Assembly (NCBI RefSeq): GCF_009914755.1
Contig: NC_060930.1
Origin: the human T2T-CHM13v2.0 reference genome, Homo sapiens
DNA length: 64,000 nucleotides
Reading direction: 5' to 3' (one strand)
The notes beneath the pieces were generated by a model. The model did no database searches. It was not told the DNA's origin and saw only the letters and a program-made list of their open reading frames with translations. The position numbers were made by a program, and so were the translations under genes. Positions 12,411 through 28,134 of the stretch are shown here, piece by piece (position 1 is the stretch's first letter; the number at the start of each line of letters is the position of its first letter).

Positions 12411-12456
<46 letters not shown>
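12411..12456. repeat. (TA)23 microsatellite
   Basis: Uninterrupted TA run. Confidence 0.95.
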
Positions 12457-12459
<3 letters not shown>

Positions 12460-13119
12460 GAATTGTTACAAGAACAACTGAAGTTGACTAGATCTTCTAA
12501 AGCTAAAGAGATAAGAAGCAAGCAAAGTTAAGACTACAGAGGGCTCTGCTTTTCAAACCAGGACATCTGCCCATTTGCTTCCAGATAAGTAGTTGCATCT
12601 AGATAAGCAGAAAGTAGTAGCTGGAGTTTGCAGCAGCTTCTTTGAATGAAAAGAAAACACTAGCATTCAGCTTGGTCAAGGAGATTAGGTCCGTGAAGAG
12701 AAGAACAGAGAAGTGAGCCCACAATTTGATCAGCCCTATTCTATAGAGGCACTTGTTCCCTTTCAACCTTGTATTTATAGTATGAAATTACACAAAAGTA
12801 AAGCATTAGCAGTCTAGTAGTGCAAGGAAGATAAAAGTTGGAGTTTAGGGCCAGCAATATCTTACAGTCTTGTTAAACACTTCTAGCTTTCAATGAACAC
12901 AACAGAGGGGCATATCTTGAAGAAAAACCAGCAAAAAAACAAAAACAAAAACAGCTTTAACGGCATGAAAACCATACTTGCCTAAAATGTGATCATGCAT
13001 TCCTATTCTGTCTGCCAGAAAAATAAAAATAAAAAATCCTCTTTGGAAGATGTTAACATTAGATGGAGCTTTTCAAAGTTTGAAACAAATGTCTGCCATT
13101 CAATAAAAAAGTTTCTTAA

Positions 13120-13900
13120 ATGCTGATTACCAAATGTCAAGAGACAAACTGACAGTAGAAATATACTATTGAGATACTGTGATTATTGGATAGAGATTTA
13201 AAAATACTTATGATGAATACATATAAAAATATAGAAGACAAATAGGGAATTCCACTAGAAAACTGAAATCTATAAAAGAGACAAAGAAAAACTCTGAGTT
13301 TGAAAATTATAACCTGAAATTTAATGACTTAATATATTATTTTAATAATAGACTTATTAGACAGAATTAATAAACTTGCTAGTAAAAGATATACAGATTG
13401 AAATATTTATATAAAGGATATAACAGTCATAAAAGAAAACGAAATATGGGAACTAATGAAAATAGCCATTATTTGTTTAATTGGAATATCAAAAACGAAG
13501 GTAGAGAAATTGGGCAAGAACAATATTTGAAAAATTGCTGCCTGAGAATTTTCAAAAGATGGCAAAAAGAGAGTGACCACAGATTTAGAAAGTTCTTGAG
13601 ACCTATGCTGGATACATAAAAATAAAACTTTATCTAGATTAAAACTTCTGAAAATGAAAGACAAGGAGTAAATCATACAGGCAGCCAATGAACAAAGACA
13701 TATTATCTTCAAAGGGACACAAAGATCACAACTTACTCCCCAGTATCAGAAGCAAGAACCCAGTGAGCCAACATCATAATGGAGTGAAAGAAAATAACTG
13801 CCAATTTAAACTTCTATACCCAGTAAAAATACACTTCAATTATGAAAGCAGAACAAACTCACTTTTTACAAAAACAAAACCTGAGAACTTACTGCAATGT
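13120..13900 (+). mobile_element. Ancient L1M (L1ME-like) ORF1 remnant
   Basis: Decayed ORF1-like peptides, for example KENNCQFKLLYPVKIHFNYES in ORF 13688-13930, which resembles the ORF1p C-terminal domain. Confidence 0.7.
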
Positions 13901-13924
13901 TTAAGATTGTGGGAATTTGTTGAC

Positions 13925-14100
13925 AGATGACCTGGATTTAAATTCAGGCTCTAAGAATTATGACTTATATAATTTTAAGCATGTTACTTAATTTCAAGGC
14001 ACATCAGAAATAATGCTACCTGCCCAACGAGGGTATAAGAAGTACAGCACTGAGTATAGGACGTAGTGTAATATCTAACATAGTAAGACAACCATAAATT
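13925..14100 (+). mobile_element. MIR fragment
   Basis: gacctggatttaaattcaggctct...gttacttaattt core similarity. Confidence 0.5.
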
Positions 14101-16506
14101 TTAACTAAAATGTTCTCATATACTGTGACTTGTCCAGGTAAGCTAAACTACTTCTCAGTCTCTGTGATGTTTGTTTCCTTTACTTTCTTCCACTTGGAAT
14201 GACTTTGTCTACTTCCACCAATCCCTGACCATACTTTCCAAGTTTTATCCACCTGCAAATGTCAAAACAAGTGCCACATAGTACCTGAAGCTTTGATAAT
14301 TTCCTTCAGCATACCTTCTCTTACTTACTGTTTTAGATTTTATGATACATTTAAAGCATGTTAGTTACTTATGTACATATAAGCTGTATTCTGCTTAGTG
14401 CTTATTGTATTTAAAAATATCTTAATTATATTATTGCGTATTTCTCTAGTTTCTAAAGTATAAATTCCAAGAGGGCAGAAACTTTCTTTACTTTGTTCAA
14501 CAATTATCATCAATAATAACATCTGGAATAGTGTCTAATGTTTGACTGAATAGGTGCTAGAGATTGGAACATCTATAATGATATTCATTGGTACTAATAT
14601 AGTCATGGAGGATATTTTATTTATCATTTCTAGATATTTAATAATCTTATTTTCCTAACAAGAAAAAGACTTTTTTAAAAGAATTCATTTAAATAATTAT
14701 TTCATTACAATCAACCAAAAGCAGTTCTATAAATGAAGGATTAAAATCCCCATTGAAAGAAAACTTGGATTGCTTCCATTTTGAAAAGTTTTTATACATT
14801 AGAATTATTGTATTTTATTCAGTCTTAGCCACAATTTTTTACTAACATGTGTGCTTTGTGAAACTTTCTATTAGATTACTGAAAATGTAGATATATACTG
14901 AAAAAAATAGAAATTTCAAATTATAGTCTCTTTCTGATCATTATTTATGTAACTCTTGAAAGAAGGACAAATATTTTTCTTTGCTTTAATAAAAAAACTT
15001 TTGAAGTAAAATTTGTAATGAATTTAATCCTTGTAAAAATAAAGGGCTCTCCCTATTGACTTATTATCTCTTTTATTTAAATGTTATTTTAAGTTTTCAC
15101 TTTAATTCATAAATACTTATAGAGTTGGCTATAGACACAAAGGTTTCCAAATACTGAATGCTGATACTCAGGATTATACATAAAAACACTAATCTTTATT
15201 CATAAAAACAAACAGAACTATCTTAATATGATTTCTTTCAGCAAGAGAAAATGATTTATCTTGGTGCTTTAAATCTAAAGTAAAATAATATGTATTATTC
15301 TGACAGAAAGTAAATGGAATATTTAGAAACAATTTCTATAAAAAGTTACAAACACTGAATTTGATTGAACATATTTTGAAATAAGGCAAAGAAAATACAC
15401 TTTACAATGAGTGATACTTTCAAGGCAAAACTTGTAGAAAAACACAATTTCTTTTACTTGGGAAAATGTAATACAAATACATGAAGAATATGAAAAGTCA
15501 CATGGTAGAGGAAGATAATATAGAGTATAAATCAAGCTATACTGGATTTTGAAAACATTTTCTAAAGAAAACATAAACCTCTAAGAAACTTAGTCATTGT
15601 TTCCATGTGATTATACTTTTCATTAGTAACAAAAAAAAAGCAAATGGTCATTTTAGTGCCTAATATTCCAAATGAGAAAACAAACATTAAGTATAAATTT
15701 CCACTGGTTTTATTTCCTATATCTAGTAAATCTACTATCAAAATAACTTCAGCTGTTTGTCTACTATGCTATTTTCAATTTATAGTTTTTATTAGTAATC
15801 TTTACTTATAATTTAGTTCTCTTACGGCATGCCCTACCTTCATAAACCATTTGTGATCCTTTTTAAGGGTTCCTTTACCTTTAATGTCGGTTTAAAAAAA
15901 AAAAGAATTTAAAACTAGAATAAAGAAGTTTAGACTAACTGTAATAAACCATGGGAAAAAATAACTCATCTGTCATTGATGTGTACTGCTCAAACATATT
16001 TATTATGTTTTGAATATTATCTTCCTTATTGACTCAATTTGACAATTAGAGATATAGTCTAATACCCAAAGCTTTTTCCCTAGTACACAAATAATAAGAA
16101 TATAGAAAATATAATCTTGTATGAGATGATCACATAAAGATGACAGTATATAAATGTAATTCTGCAACATATAGTTTTGGGGAGCATTACATGTTTTGGT
16201 CTGAGAGCCAAATGACAATAATAATGCAAGTACACCATGGACTAAAAATCACTTGTAAGTTTTGAACCACAAGTACAAAACTCATTTCCAGTATTATGAC
16301 CTCAAAGAAAATTAGCAACTGAGGCAGAGCAAGATGGTGGAATAGAAAGCTTCATCAATTTTTCCCCCACCCCTGGCAAGGGCACCAAATTAACAACTAT
16401 ATACACTGAAAACACCTTCATAAGAACCAAAAATCAGTACATACAAAAATCAGTAGTATTTCTATATGCCAAAAGTGAACAAACTGAAAAACAAATCAAA
16501 AACATA

Positions 16507-16831
16507 GGCTAGGCATGGTGGCTCACACCTGTAATCCCAGAACTTTGGAAGGCCGAGGCAGGTAGATCACCTGAGATCAGGAGTTCAAGACTAGCCTGGC
16601 CAATATGGTGAAACCATTTCTCTACCAAAAATACAATACAAAACAAAAAATTAGCCGGGCATGGTGGCAGGCACCTGTAGTCCCAGCTACTCAGGATGCT
16701 GAGGCAGGAGAAACACTTGAACCTGGGAGGCGGAGGCAGCAGTGAGCAGTAATTGTGTCACTGCACTCCAGTCCAGCCTAGGTGACAGAGTGAGACTCTG
16801 TCTCAAAAAACAAACAACCAACAAAAAAAAA
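16507..16831 (+). mobile_element. AluS nested in L1MA
   Basis: Dimeric Alu with A tail. Confidence 0.95.
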
Positions 16832-17020
16832 ATCTTAATTCCATTTACAATAGCCAAAAATGAAATTAAATACCTAGGAATTAACCAGAGAAAGGAAAGA
16901 TCACAATAATGAAAATATACGACACTGATGAAGGAAATTGAAGAGGACATCAAAAAAATGAAAAAAAAATTCCATATTCATGGATTAGAAGAATCGATAT
17001 TGTTAAAACATCCATACTAT

Positions 17021-17632
17021 TGGGAGAGGACATAGTTAGAGGCTGGCTACACACACAGAGAGGGAGAGTCTTGGGAGAGAGGCAGTGCGCATGGAAACAC
17101 ACTGGCACCACCCTTGTGGTGTAGTTAGCAGGAAAAAATATGGTTAAGAACTTCCTCTTATACCAGGATGTTTGCTCAGAAGGGATTTATTGTGCAAGCA
17201 CAATAAATCAACTAAATGTCCTGAATATGACCCAGAGCTAATTGTAATATCATCGGCATTGCAGTTTTGGCTCCCTATCCCATGGGTTTTGCTTAGGCAT
17301 TCTTGGGTAATAACTACGATGGAGTCACTATGGTCTACTCCAGATATGCATAGATGCAACGTCCCCGGGGGAGCGGGGGAACTTTACTCCTCCTATTAAG
17401 GCAGAACCTACGAAAGGCTTTCTTATTTTTCCCCACAGAAAAAATATCCCCAGCACTCAGAACCATTTCTGGCAACTCGCTTTGGGTCCCCTCTCACTGC
17501 TAATAATTTTTCTATTGCTTTACAAATTCTGCTCTGCCTTACTCACTCTCTGGTGTCCACATGCCTTATTCTTCTTTGTCCTCTGACAAGAACTCAGACC
17601 TCACTAAATTAAGGAATAGAGAAACTGCAATA
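17021..17632 (+). mobile_element. ERV1-class solo LTR nested in L1MA ORF2
   Basis: Interrupts L1 at catactat. The 4-bp TSD ctat is at 17017-17020 and 17633-17636. It starts with TG and has U5-like ttctgctctgccttactcactctctggtgtcc. Family not resolved. Confidence 0.7.
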
Positions 17633-19850
17633 CTATGCAAAGCAGTCTACACATTCAGTGTAATCTCTATCAAAATATCAATGACATCCTTCACAGAAAT
17701 AGAAAAAAAAAATTCCAAAATGTATATGAAACCACAAAAGACCCAGGATAGCCAAAGCTATCCTAAGCAAAAAGAATGAAATGGAAATAATTACATTACT
17801 TGACTTCAAATTATACTACAGTGCTATAGTAACCAAACAGCATGTTGCTGGCATAAAAACAGATACAGACCAATGGAACAGATTAGAGAACCCAAAAACA
17901 AATCCACACACCTACAGTGAACTCATTTTTGGTAAAGGTGTCAAGAACATGCACTGGAGAAAAGACAGTTTGTTCAATAAATGGTGCTGGGAAAGCTGGA
18001 TATCCATAGACAAAAGAATGAAACTGGATGCCTATCTCTCATCATGTACAAAAGTCAAATCAAAATGGATTAGATAATTAAATCTAAGACCTCAGACTAT
18101 GTAACTACCACAGAAAACTGGGGAAAATCTCCAGGACATTGGTCAAATATTTCTTGAGCAATACCCACAAGCACAGGCAACCAAAGCAAAAATGGACAAA
18201 TGACATCACATCAAGTTAAAAAGCTCCTGCACAGCAAGGGAAACAACAAAGTAAAGAGACAATCCACAGAATGAGAGGAAAATTTTTGTAAATTACCAAT
18301 CTGACAAGGGACTAATAACCAGAATATATAAGGATCTCAAACAATTTTATAGGAAAAAAACTCTAATAATCTGATCAATAAATGGGCAAAAAATTTCAAC
18401 AGACATTTATCAAAAGAAGACACACAAATGGCAAACAGGCATATGAAAAGGTGCTTAACATCACTGATTATCAGAGAAATGCACATCAAACAATGAGAAA
18501 TCATCTGACCCCAGTTAATATATCCAAAAGACGCAACAACAAATGCCGGTGAAGATGTGGAGAAAAGGGAATCCACTTATACTGTTGATGTGAATGTAAA
18601 TCAGTACAGTCACTATGGAAAACAATTTGAGGTTCCTCAAAAAACTAAAAATAGAGCTATCAAATGATCCAGCAATCCCACTGCTGGGTATACACCCCCC
18701 AAATGAAAATCAGTATATCAAAGAGATATCTTCACTTCCATGTTTGTTGCAGCATTGTTCACAATAGCCAAGACTTGCAAGCAACCTAAGTGTCCATCAA
18801 AAGATAAATGGATTAAAAAAATGCAGTACACATGCACAATGGCGTACTATTGAGCCATTGAGAAGAATGAGATCCTGTCATTTGCAACAACATGGATGGA
18901 ACTGGAGATTATTATGAAGTGAAATAAGCCAGGCACAGAAAGACAAATCAAATATTGCATGTTCTCACTTAGTTGTGAGACCTATAAATCAAAGCAATTG
19001 AATTCATGGACACAGAGAGTAGAAGGATGGTTACCAGAGGCTGGGAAGGGTAGTGGATGGTTTGGGAGATGTGGGAATGGTTAATGGATAAAAAAAAAAA
19101 ATTAGGGAGAACGAATAAGATCTACTATTTGATGGCACAACAGGGTGCCTATAGTCAATAACAACTTAATTGTACATTTTGAAATAACTAAAATAGTGTA
19201 ATTTGATTGTAATTTGTTGTGTAATTTGTAACACAACAGATGAATGCTTGAAGGGATGAAGACCTCATTCTCCATGATTTGATTATTTCACATTGCATGC
19301 CTGTATCAAAACATCTCATGCATACCATAAATATATACACCTATTATGTACCCGCAAATATAAAAATAAAAATAAATGCAACCTCCTTCATCAAAAAAAA
19401 TTAGTGCCTGTAAAAGTGGAAAAATCGTCTAGGCTTTTTCACAGCAAAACAGAGACAAATACCAAACAAATAATATGGTATTTGCTTATTGTTTTTAAAT
19501 ATTTTCAATACCTACTTAAATAGTTCATTTAATCACCTGGTAAAATAAAATAAAATGACCAATATGAGATAATATAAAGAAACGTTCAACTGTATTTTAG
19601 CCTATTTGACAGTTTTATGTTCTGTAAAACTTCTAATATTTTACATTTATTAGGATTTTTTTCTGTAAAATGGTTTTAAGTTTGAACTGAAAGCATTTTT
19701 ATGTAATTCTGTATATATATCACACATAAAATATATTTGTATAATTATACATACACAATGTATTACATATAATTATAAATATACCTAGTATATATAATAA
19801 CATACGTATATACCATATGTTGTGTGTATATGTATATAACATCAAATTTT

Positions 19851-20042
<192 letters not shown>

Positions 20043-20081
20043 CTAAACCTCACTTCCACAGAGATTAAGAAACAATCTTCA

Positions 20082-20412
<331 letters not shown>

Positions 20413-22264
20413 TCAAACTGTGGTGTTTCTTTACATTTTATATTTCATAAACATAATAATTTCTTGGCAATTGGTAAGAGGAATTCTGGAAACATTACAG
20501 TTAGACACACAATCATTGGAGTGTAAATAATATAAACTGGCTTCATATCCCAGGACCTTAACAATTATTGAATGACTTGTATATCTGTAGGTTATAGTTC
20601 CTTGATAAGAGGACTATTTTGTCTTATGGTTAGCCATTATGATTTTGTTGCTGGCTGATAGACTACCTGCTTTGCATTAGAAACCAGTAGGGGTAAGATG
20701 GGGGATATAAATACTCAGTCGTAGTTGTGGTAACCATGTAAGCGGCAGGTGAGAAGGGAGTAGAACAATGTAAGAATACTTAGAAAAAATGTGAGCTACA
20801 ATTTCGAATATCCCTGTCATCATCAGCATGTTTGAATTCCATAATTCCTCAATAATAATTCCAAGAAGCAAATTTGCTGTAAAACTCATTAATTTATGAA
20901 AACAAGCCCTCCAATCTGTGTTTTGCATTGTAGAATGTGTTATTATTGACATAATCATTACTCCTCTCCTCAGAGTAATCAGGGATATCAGAAGCATAAG
21001 TGTTTTTTTCTTTTCCTTCATTATTCTTTATTTTTTGAATTCAGGAATGAAGGTTCTGTTGTCATTCTATCCACAGATACCATAAATATTTTCTACACAC
21101 ATTAAACCACTCATGATATTGACTTAATGTGAATGGAGACATGGGTAAAATGCCCTAGGCAGATGTCAGGGTATTTGATTCTGGTCCCAGATGCTATGAC
21201 ATGTAGGCTATTGAACATCTTATCCAATTGGTCATAACTGGTCTTAATTTTAAATCAACAAATTTGAACTCAGTGATTTTTTTTACTCTTTCAATTCTAA
21301 AATGATTATATTTTTATTGCCTTATTTATAGTTTCTAAAAGCACCAGATATTAACAAGAACTATCTCTCTATTGTGCCAAGTATTCTGACCAGATGTCTA
21401 AGGTGTTCCTAGTGATTGGTTAATCCCTGAGTAACAAAACTATGTTGTAAAGTTTCAGCTGCAAACACAGTTAAGTAGTTCACGACTCAGGATTTTTTTT
21501 TTTTTTTTTTTTTTTTAAGAAGAACCACTGTTAAAGTTTGTCTTTGTTGCCAATCACTTACCACAGTGCATGGGCAAATGTGTGTTTAAAAACTTGCAGA
21601 GAGAAATTTGTATTACTGAGTCACAATGATTGATGTTTTACTTACCAAGCACATAAGTGATATTAGTCTTAATGCCTTTCAATTGAATAAAATCAATGGT
21701 AATTTTCAGGTATAGAAAAAAAGTGGAGTCTCTAAGGCTAAGTTTGACTTGTGATTTGAAGTTTACAAATAGTTTTCCAGATATTTTCTTAATCCTGTTA
21801 ACAAATATTTATAATGAGAGGAAATTACTAATACCTTCTCATTATAAATATTAATATGAACAATAAAAGTAATCTTTGATTATGTAGAATATGTAAATAG
21901 TTACTTTATAGTCATATGTCATATAATCATTTTCTTGTAAAATAAGGGATAATTTTAAGCAACTGTCTTCAAATGTTAAGACAAAAATGATTTTGAAAGG
22001 ATTTTTCCTTTTACCTTTTTAAATTGCTGTCAATAATTTTTTAACAATGTAGAACCTAGGTCACTGAATACAGTGTTTTGTATAACTTTGTTTTTTCCAA
22101 TATATATTCCAAATTATTTATAGGTTTTCCTTTTCATTTTCTACTTTTAGAAGAGCCAATTGTGATTCAACTTATATCTACAATTCTGAGTCTGTTCCCA
22201 AAATCTTTGATGTCACAAAATAAATCCGTGCCATCTTACATTTGGCATTTCTATATTTTTCCTT

Positions 22265-22875
22265 CTTTTTAACTTTTATATTAAGTTCAGGGGTATATGT
22301 GCAGGTTTGTTCCATAGATAAACTTGTATTATGGTGGTTTCTTGTACAGAATATTCCATCATCAGGTATTAAGCCTAGTACCCATTAGTTATTTTTCCTG
22401 ATCCTCTCCCTACTCCCTACTGCCACCCACCACCCTCTGATGGTCCCCAATGTGTGTTGTTCCCCTCTATGTGTCCATGTGGTCTCATCATTTAGCTCCC
22501 ATTGACACATGAGAACATACAGTATTTGGTTTTCTGTTCCTGGGTTAGTTTGCTAAAGATAATGGCCTCCAGCTCCATCCATATCCCTGCAAAGACATGA
22601 TTTATTTCTTCATTATGACTGCATAAACCATAGTGTATGTGTACCACATTTTCTTTATCCAGTCTATCACTGATGGTCATTTAGGTTGATTCCTTGTCTT
22701 TGCTATTGTGAATAGTACCAGAGTGAATATATGTGTGCATGTGCCTTTATAATAGAACAATTGATATTTATTTGGGTATATACCTAGGAATGGGATTGCA
22801 GGGTTGAATAGTGGTTCTGTCATTACATCATTGAGGAATCATCACACTGTCTTCCACAGTGGTTGAACTAATTGA
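22265..22875 (-). mobile_element. 5'-truncated old L1PA 3' end
   Basis: ttaagttcaggggtatatgtgcaggtttgtt...ggttgaactaatt. Confidence 0.9.
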
Positions 22876-24063
22876 CTTTGATTATGGAATGTAGCCCTTT
22901 AAAGACGTGTTTCCCAAAGGAACATTTTGGTCAGTGGTGTTGTATGTATCTGTTGTTGTAAACTATTAATTATTCAAATAAATTTTAATATAAGTAAATG
23001 AAATCCTATTATGATCATCTAACTGTAGTGAACAGGAATGAAGTGATCAGTTATCCTTTCCAATATATCATATATATATATATACACACACAATTTATAT
23101 ACACATAAATTGTATATTTGTATATACATGCATATCTGTGTGTGTATAATTCCTCTTCCTCTTTAAAATACTCAACAGCTACACTGTTCACCTCTCAGTC
23201 ATTTATAAGCTAGGAATAATGTTTTTCAAAAAATGCATGCTTCATCAGTACAATGGAATAAGTCCAGAGGGAATTTATAAGGCATTTTCATGTATTCTAT
23301 TCATTTTATTACATCATTAATCCTCTCCCAACTCACAATCCTACCAATACACCTTTATAATGCTCAGTGCACTTGAGTTGCAATTCAGCTTCTGTTTTGA
23401 GCCCTTATGCTATTAGGCAATTTACTTAGCCTATCTTTTTATTTATAAAACTAGAAAAATAATAGGAAATTTGGGGGAGATAATTTCTGAAGCGGTTTTT
23501 CTATACTCATATACTAAAAATTCATAATTTATCTATCATCATAATTATTTTATTGATCCATTAGTATTTTAAAATTCTCAATCCAGAGTTTTCATTCTTC
23601 AACTCTAGTGAAGTCACCAAAAACATAATCATAACTTCCTCACGTTTCCCCTAAGAAATTTTCTATCTCCAAAACCTCAAATTATGATATTCTGTTCTTT
23701 GTCACTACTTCTTCAGCTTTATCACTCCTAACCCTGCACTTCTATTCTAGTTGCTATTCTTCTCAGTATTTCTCGGTTAGCACACTTGCTTTCTAGCCAT
23801 TAGTTCTTTCTCTTCACTTTTCAGCATAAACACCATCATAAGGGGGTTTCCAAAAACTACACCACTAGTGGTAAATGAGATGGTCTGATAAACAGAGGTT
23901 TATTTTATTTTAAACTTTATTTATCTAGTTGTGTTAAATAAAAATAAACTGTTTATCTAATTTATCTATGTATCTCTTTATCTCTCTCTTTATCTAATTG
24001 TATTAGATAGATAAATTGTGTTATTTCTTTACTCTAAATTGTGTTACAAAAACAGAACAAGTA

Positions 24064-24385
24064 GGTGGGGCATGGTGGCTCATGCCTGAAATCATAGCCC
24101 TTTGGGAGGCCAAGGCGGGAGGATCACTTGATCCAGCAGTCCGAGACCAGTCTGGGCAACATAGGAAGACACCCTATCTTTACAAAAAAAAAAGAAAAGA
24201 AAAAAAAAGCTTGTCATGGTGCTGTATGCCTGTAGTCCCAGATACTCATGAGGCTGAGGGGCTGAGGCTTGAGGGACGCTTGAGCCCAGGAGTTTGAGGC
24301 TGCAATGAGCTGTGATCACACCATTGTACTCCAGCCTGGGCAACAGAATAAGACCAGGTCTCCTCCCCAACAACCCTCAAAAAAA
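24064..24385 (+). mobile_element. AluJ
   Basis: Diverged Alu with the AluJ-type ttgagcccaggagtttgaggctgca and TSD core agaacaagt. Confidence 0.9.
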
Positions 24386-26364
24386 GAGAGAGAGAAATAT
24401 AGAACAAGTGCACCAAATTCTGAATAGATTACCGAAGAGTAAGTATATCTTAATTAAAAAATGATTTAGGTGGTATAAACATTTGTATCAAGAACACAAA
24501 TTTCTATAATTTTGATTAGCTCGATGAGGCTTAAAAATGTGTGCCCTTAGTCCTATTATCATATCTCCTTGCTTCTGTATTACTGTACTCAGGACTATTT
24601 GAATGATATTTTCTATGTAGTTTAAAATGTTTTGAACTTTTATGGTAAAAGATATGCATATGAATGTGTGCGTGCATGTATTATTCTGAGTGTCACTCTA
24701 CAGACAATGGTTTATCTTTCTTTAGCAGAAAATCTCTCTCTAGGTGTAGTAAGCTAGTGTTCTGATTAGAAAGCCCACATTCTAAAGATAGTTACTGCAA
24801 ATACTTCAGTTATCTTTATCTCTGATCAACACTCAATACTTTTGCAAATAGCAAAATATTAATTTACAAATTGGATTTCATTAGCGAAATTATTATTAAA
24901 CATATATAGACTTAGTAAATATTTTACAGCCATTCTTAGTTACTTCTTGACCAGGATGTAGTGAGCCCTATAGTCATTAGCCATAGGAATGGCACCCTAG
25001 GTTTGATAATTTAATTATCCTTTACCTCTCCCTTCGTTCAGGAATTTCCCATTCTTTTGACTCTGAAAGATGTTAAGATAATCCAACGACTTGAATATTG
25101 TCAACAGTGACCTACTGTGAAACTTTTATGCAAGCAATTTCTGAGACCACCAAAAGATAGAGAACAGAGACCTCATTGATGCAATAAATGTGTGCACGAT
25201 AGCATAATTTGGCCTATGGCTTGTTTTTGATAACCAAGTGGTAAATTAGTGAGGAAGGAAGCAACTCATACAATTTTAGCTATTCGTAGTGATAGAGACA
25301 CACCAAGTAGAAACTAATAATATTATCTATGTTCAAACAGATTTTAGTCAATTTCCAAATCCTTAAGTACATTTCTATTCATTTTGTCAGATGAGTGAAA
25401 TAGGAGTCTTTTGTATATCAAAAGTTCACTGAACAATTAATAACATACAGCACATATATAAAATGCTGACCAACAGCAAAATATTTCTTTAGAAAATAAA
25501 CTCTTTTAAGTTGTAATACATAATATAGAATTACAATATATTATGTTGTACTTTTTTATTAGGTAAAACACACATGAATACACTACCTACTTTTAAGCAA
25601 TAGGGGTTAATATTTCCTGTTAGAGATTAGAAAGCAATGGTTATCAACTGGATTTTATAAAACCTTACATCTATAACTTCTCAACAAATTTTACCTTTTA
25701 TGATTATCACTATTACATATTTTTAATAAACACACACTTCTCACACTATTTGAAAATAAGATCTATATCATTTGGGTTTAAGATAAAAGTAGCTCAAATT
25801 TTAGTGAGATTTTAATATAGGGCTCTCGATATGTATTCATGTAAATTATGAAGGAATTTTTATTTCCTCTTTAATTTGGAAATAATCACTTTTTACCATC
25901 TGTCTGACTTCCTTCCCTTCAAAAGTTTTCATACAATATTCTTTATGATTAAATGGATATTCAGCATTCCTTATTCCTTAAAGGAAAATCTTTCAACTTT
26001 TATAAATGATTTTATTTAATTATTAGACTTTTTAGCTTTATGTTATTACTATAATGTGTCAATTTAAAATGTCATATGTTAAATTACATTTTCCTTTCCT
26101 GTCCACTGAGATAATTCGTATATTCTAATTTTAGTCAATATTTGTTGATAAAATATCTTATGTTTGTTAAGGTGAATATTTGGGAAATTTCCTGTCACAG
26201 TGGCGGCACCAGCAAGCAATTCATCAAAGTATGAGCTATATTCTTTGCTCTTTAGCGGATGCAAAATAACATAAAATATGTCTTTTTGCCTAAAAAGCAA
26301 AAGTATGGAAAGTTTCTATTAATAACATTAATAAAATTGAGTTCATTGAAATGAATTCTATATA

Positions 26365-26715
<351 letters not shown>

Positions 26716-27569
26716 CTATTAAATTATATCATCATAATATTAAAACTGCAAAATTGAAGCACAGAAAATTCATGTAGTCTTTTTTGGATACCATAAGTAT
26801 TTGCTAAATATGTATTAAATGATCTGCATCCTAGGAGTTTGAAATACTTTAGCGAACAGAATTGACAAAATATTCCTGCTTGAATGCTTGTCTGAAAATT
26901 ACTATAATGTCCATATAGGAAGATCATAGTATTGACCATAAATGATCATAAAAAGATAATAAAATAGCTATTGTTTATAGGCCTTTTTGTCCAATATATT
27001 ATATATGTTATTACAATGTAAATGTATATATATTTTATTTTTTACATATAGGAAAGTAAATGCATTGATATATTTGTAAATGTGCTGATTAACTTGTCAC
27101 TAATTGAAGAATCATATAAATGAAGATCATTCAGACTTTTCATTCTTCATTATAAATGAGGAAAGCAAAATGACAAAATAAAAGAAAAACCCAAAAAGGG
27201 AAATTTTCTAACTCATGAGTACCCCCATGAGTTTTATACTTTTTATATAGCATCATCCCTAACTTTTTTCATTTATTTTATAGAGGTTATCAGATTTATT
27301 ACAAAGTATACTGACCATTCAATTGGTTTTATATGCTCCTTGATTGCTTGCTTTTTTATAGTTTATGAGCAGAAATATTTTAGATACATATATTAAGATA
27401 TAGCTACCTACAAACTATTACTGAAAACAGAATATATTTTATATATTAGAGATACATAGATTGTGAATCAGTTTATGGCTTGAAATTTGTTACTGAAAGT
27501 TCTGTCTTTTTTAAAAGGCAGCGACTTTAAGAAGTGTTTGGTTGCCTAATAGCTGCTGAAAATTGTGAG

Positions 27570-27604
27570 TGTGTGTGTGTGTGTGTGTGTGCGCCTGTGT
27601 GTGT
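27570..27604. repeat. (TG)n microsatellite
   Basis: Direct inspection. Confidence 0.9.
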
Positions 27605-28134
27605 ATTTCGAAGTCTATTCAAAATGCTTGTCCATTTTACTGGGTTGCGAAATGGGTATAAAGGGTACAGGGAATTTAATTTAATCTGGTTAACTGAAAG
27701 TTACTCCATGCCTTTGAGTTGGAGAAAAGACAAGTTGATTTCTTATGAGTGAATTATTTGTTATTAAATGTATGTTTTTCTGAGTTGTTGCTTTATTATT
27801 TATATAGATAAGTATCAAAATATGAGAAAAAAGATTCATTTGTCCTATATGCTAATGGATAGATTATTTTTAGCTATGAGAAAAGAGAGCCTAAATTGGT
27901 TTGTTAGTATGTTTTGTCAAAATCTAGAAAGAAATTGGTGTTGGGGGGGGTATTGTTTAACTTGTTAAATGTTTAAGCTTGTTAATGATTTGGCAGTCCT
28001 GATGGTTTAATTTAAGGATTGAAATATGTCATATTCTATTAAAATTACCATGGCTTAGAATTAATAACTGTTGACAAGAGATGTAGAGTATAAAGCCAAA
28101 TATCTGCTTCTCTTTATGTGAGGACGAAAACAGG

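Larger units (their letters stand above)
16321..19392 (+). mobile_element. L1MA2/3-like element: 5' UTR start fused to late ORF2 plus complete 3' UTR
   Basis: Starts gagcaagatggtggaatagaa (L1 YY1-site start). ORF2 C-terminal peptide IDQWNR/DSLFNKWCW-like appears in ORF 17781-18077. It has an L1MA 3' end and a degenerate TSD at 16304-16320 and 19393-19409. Confidence 0.85.

Noticed and set aside
21545-21655. Two minus-strand TG|GTAAGT donors as a possible exon or recursive splice site
   Set aside because: No strong paired acceptor and no AG|GT juxtaposition.
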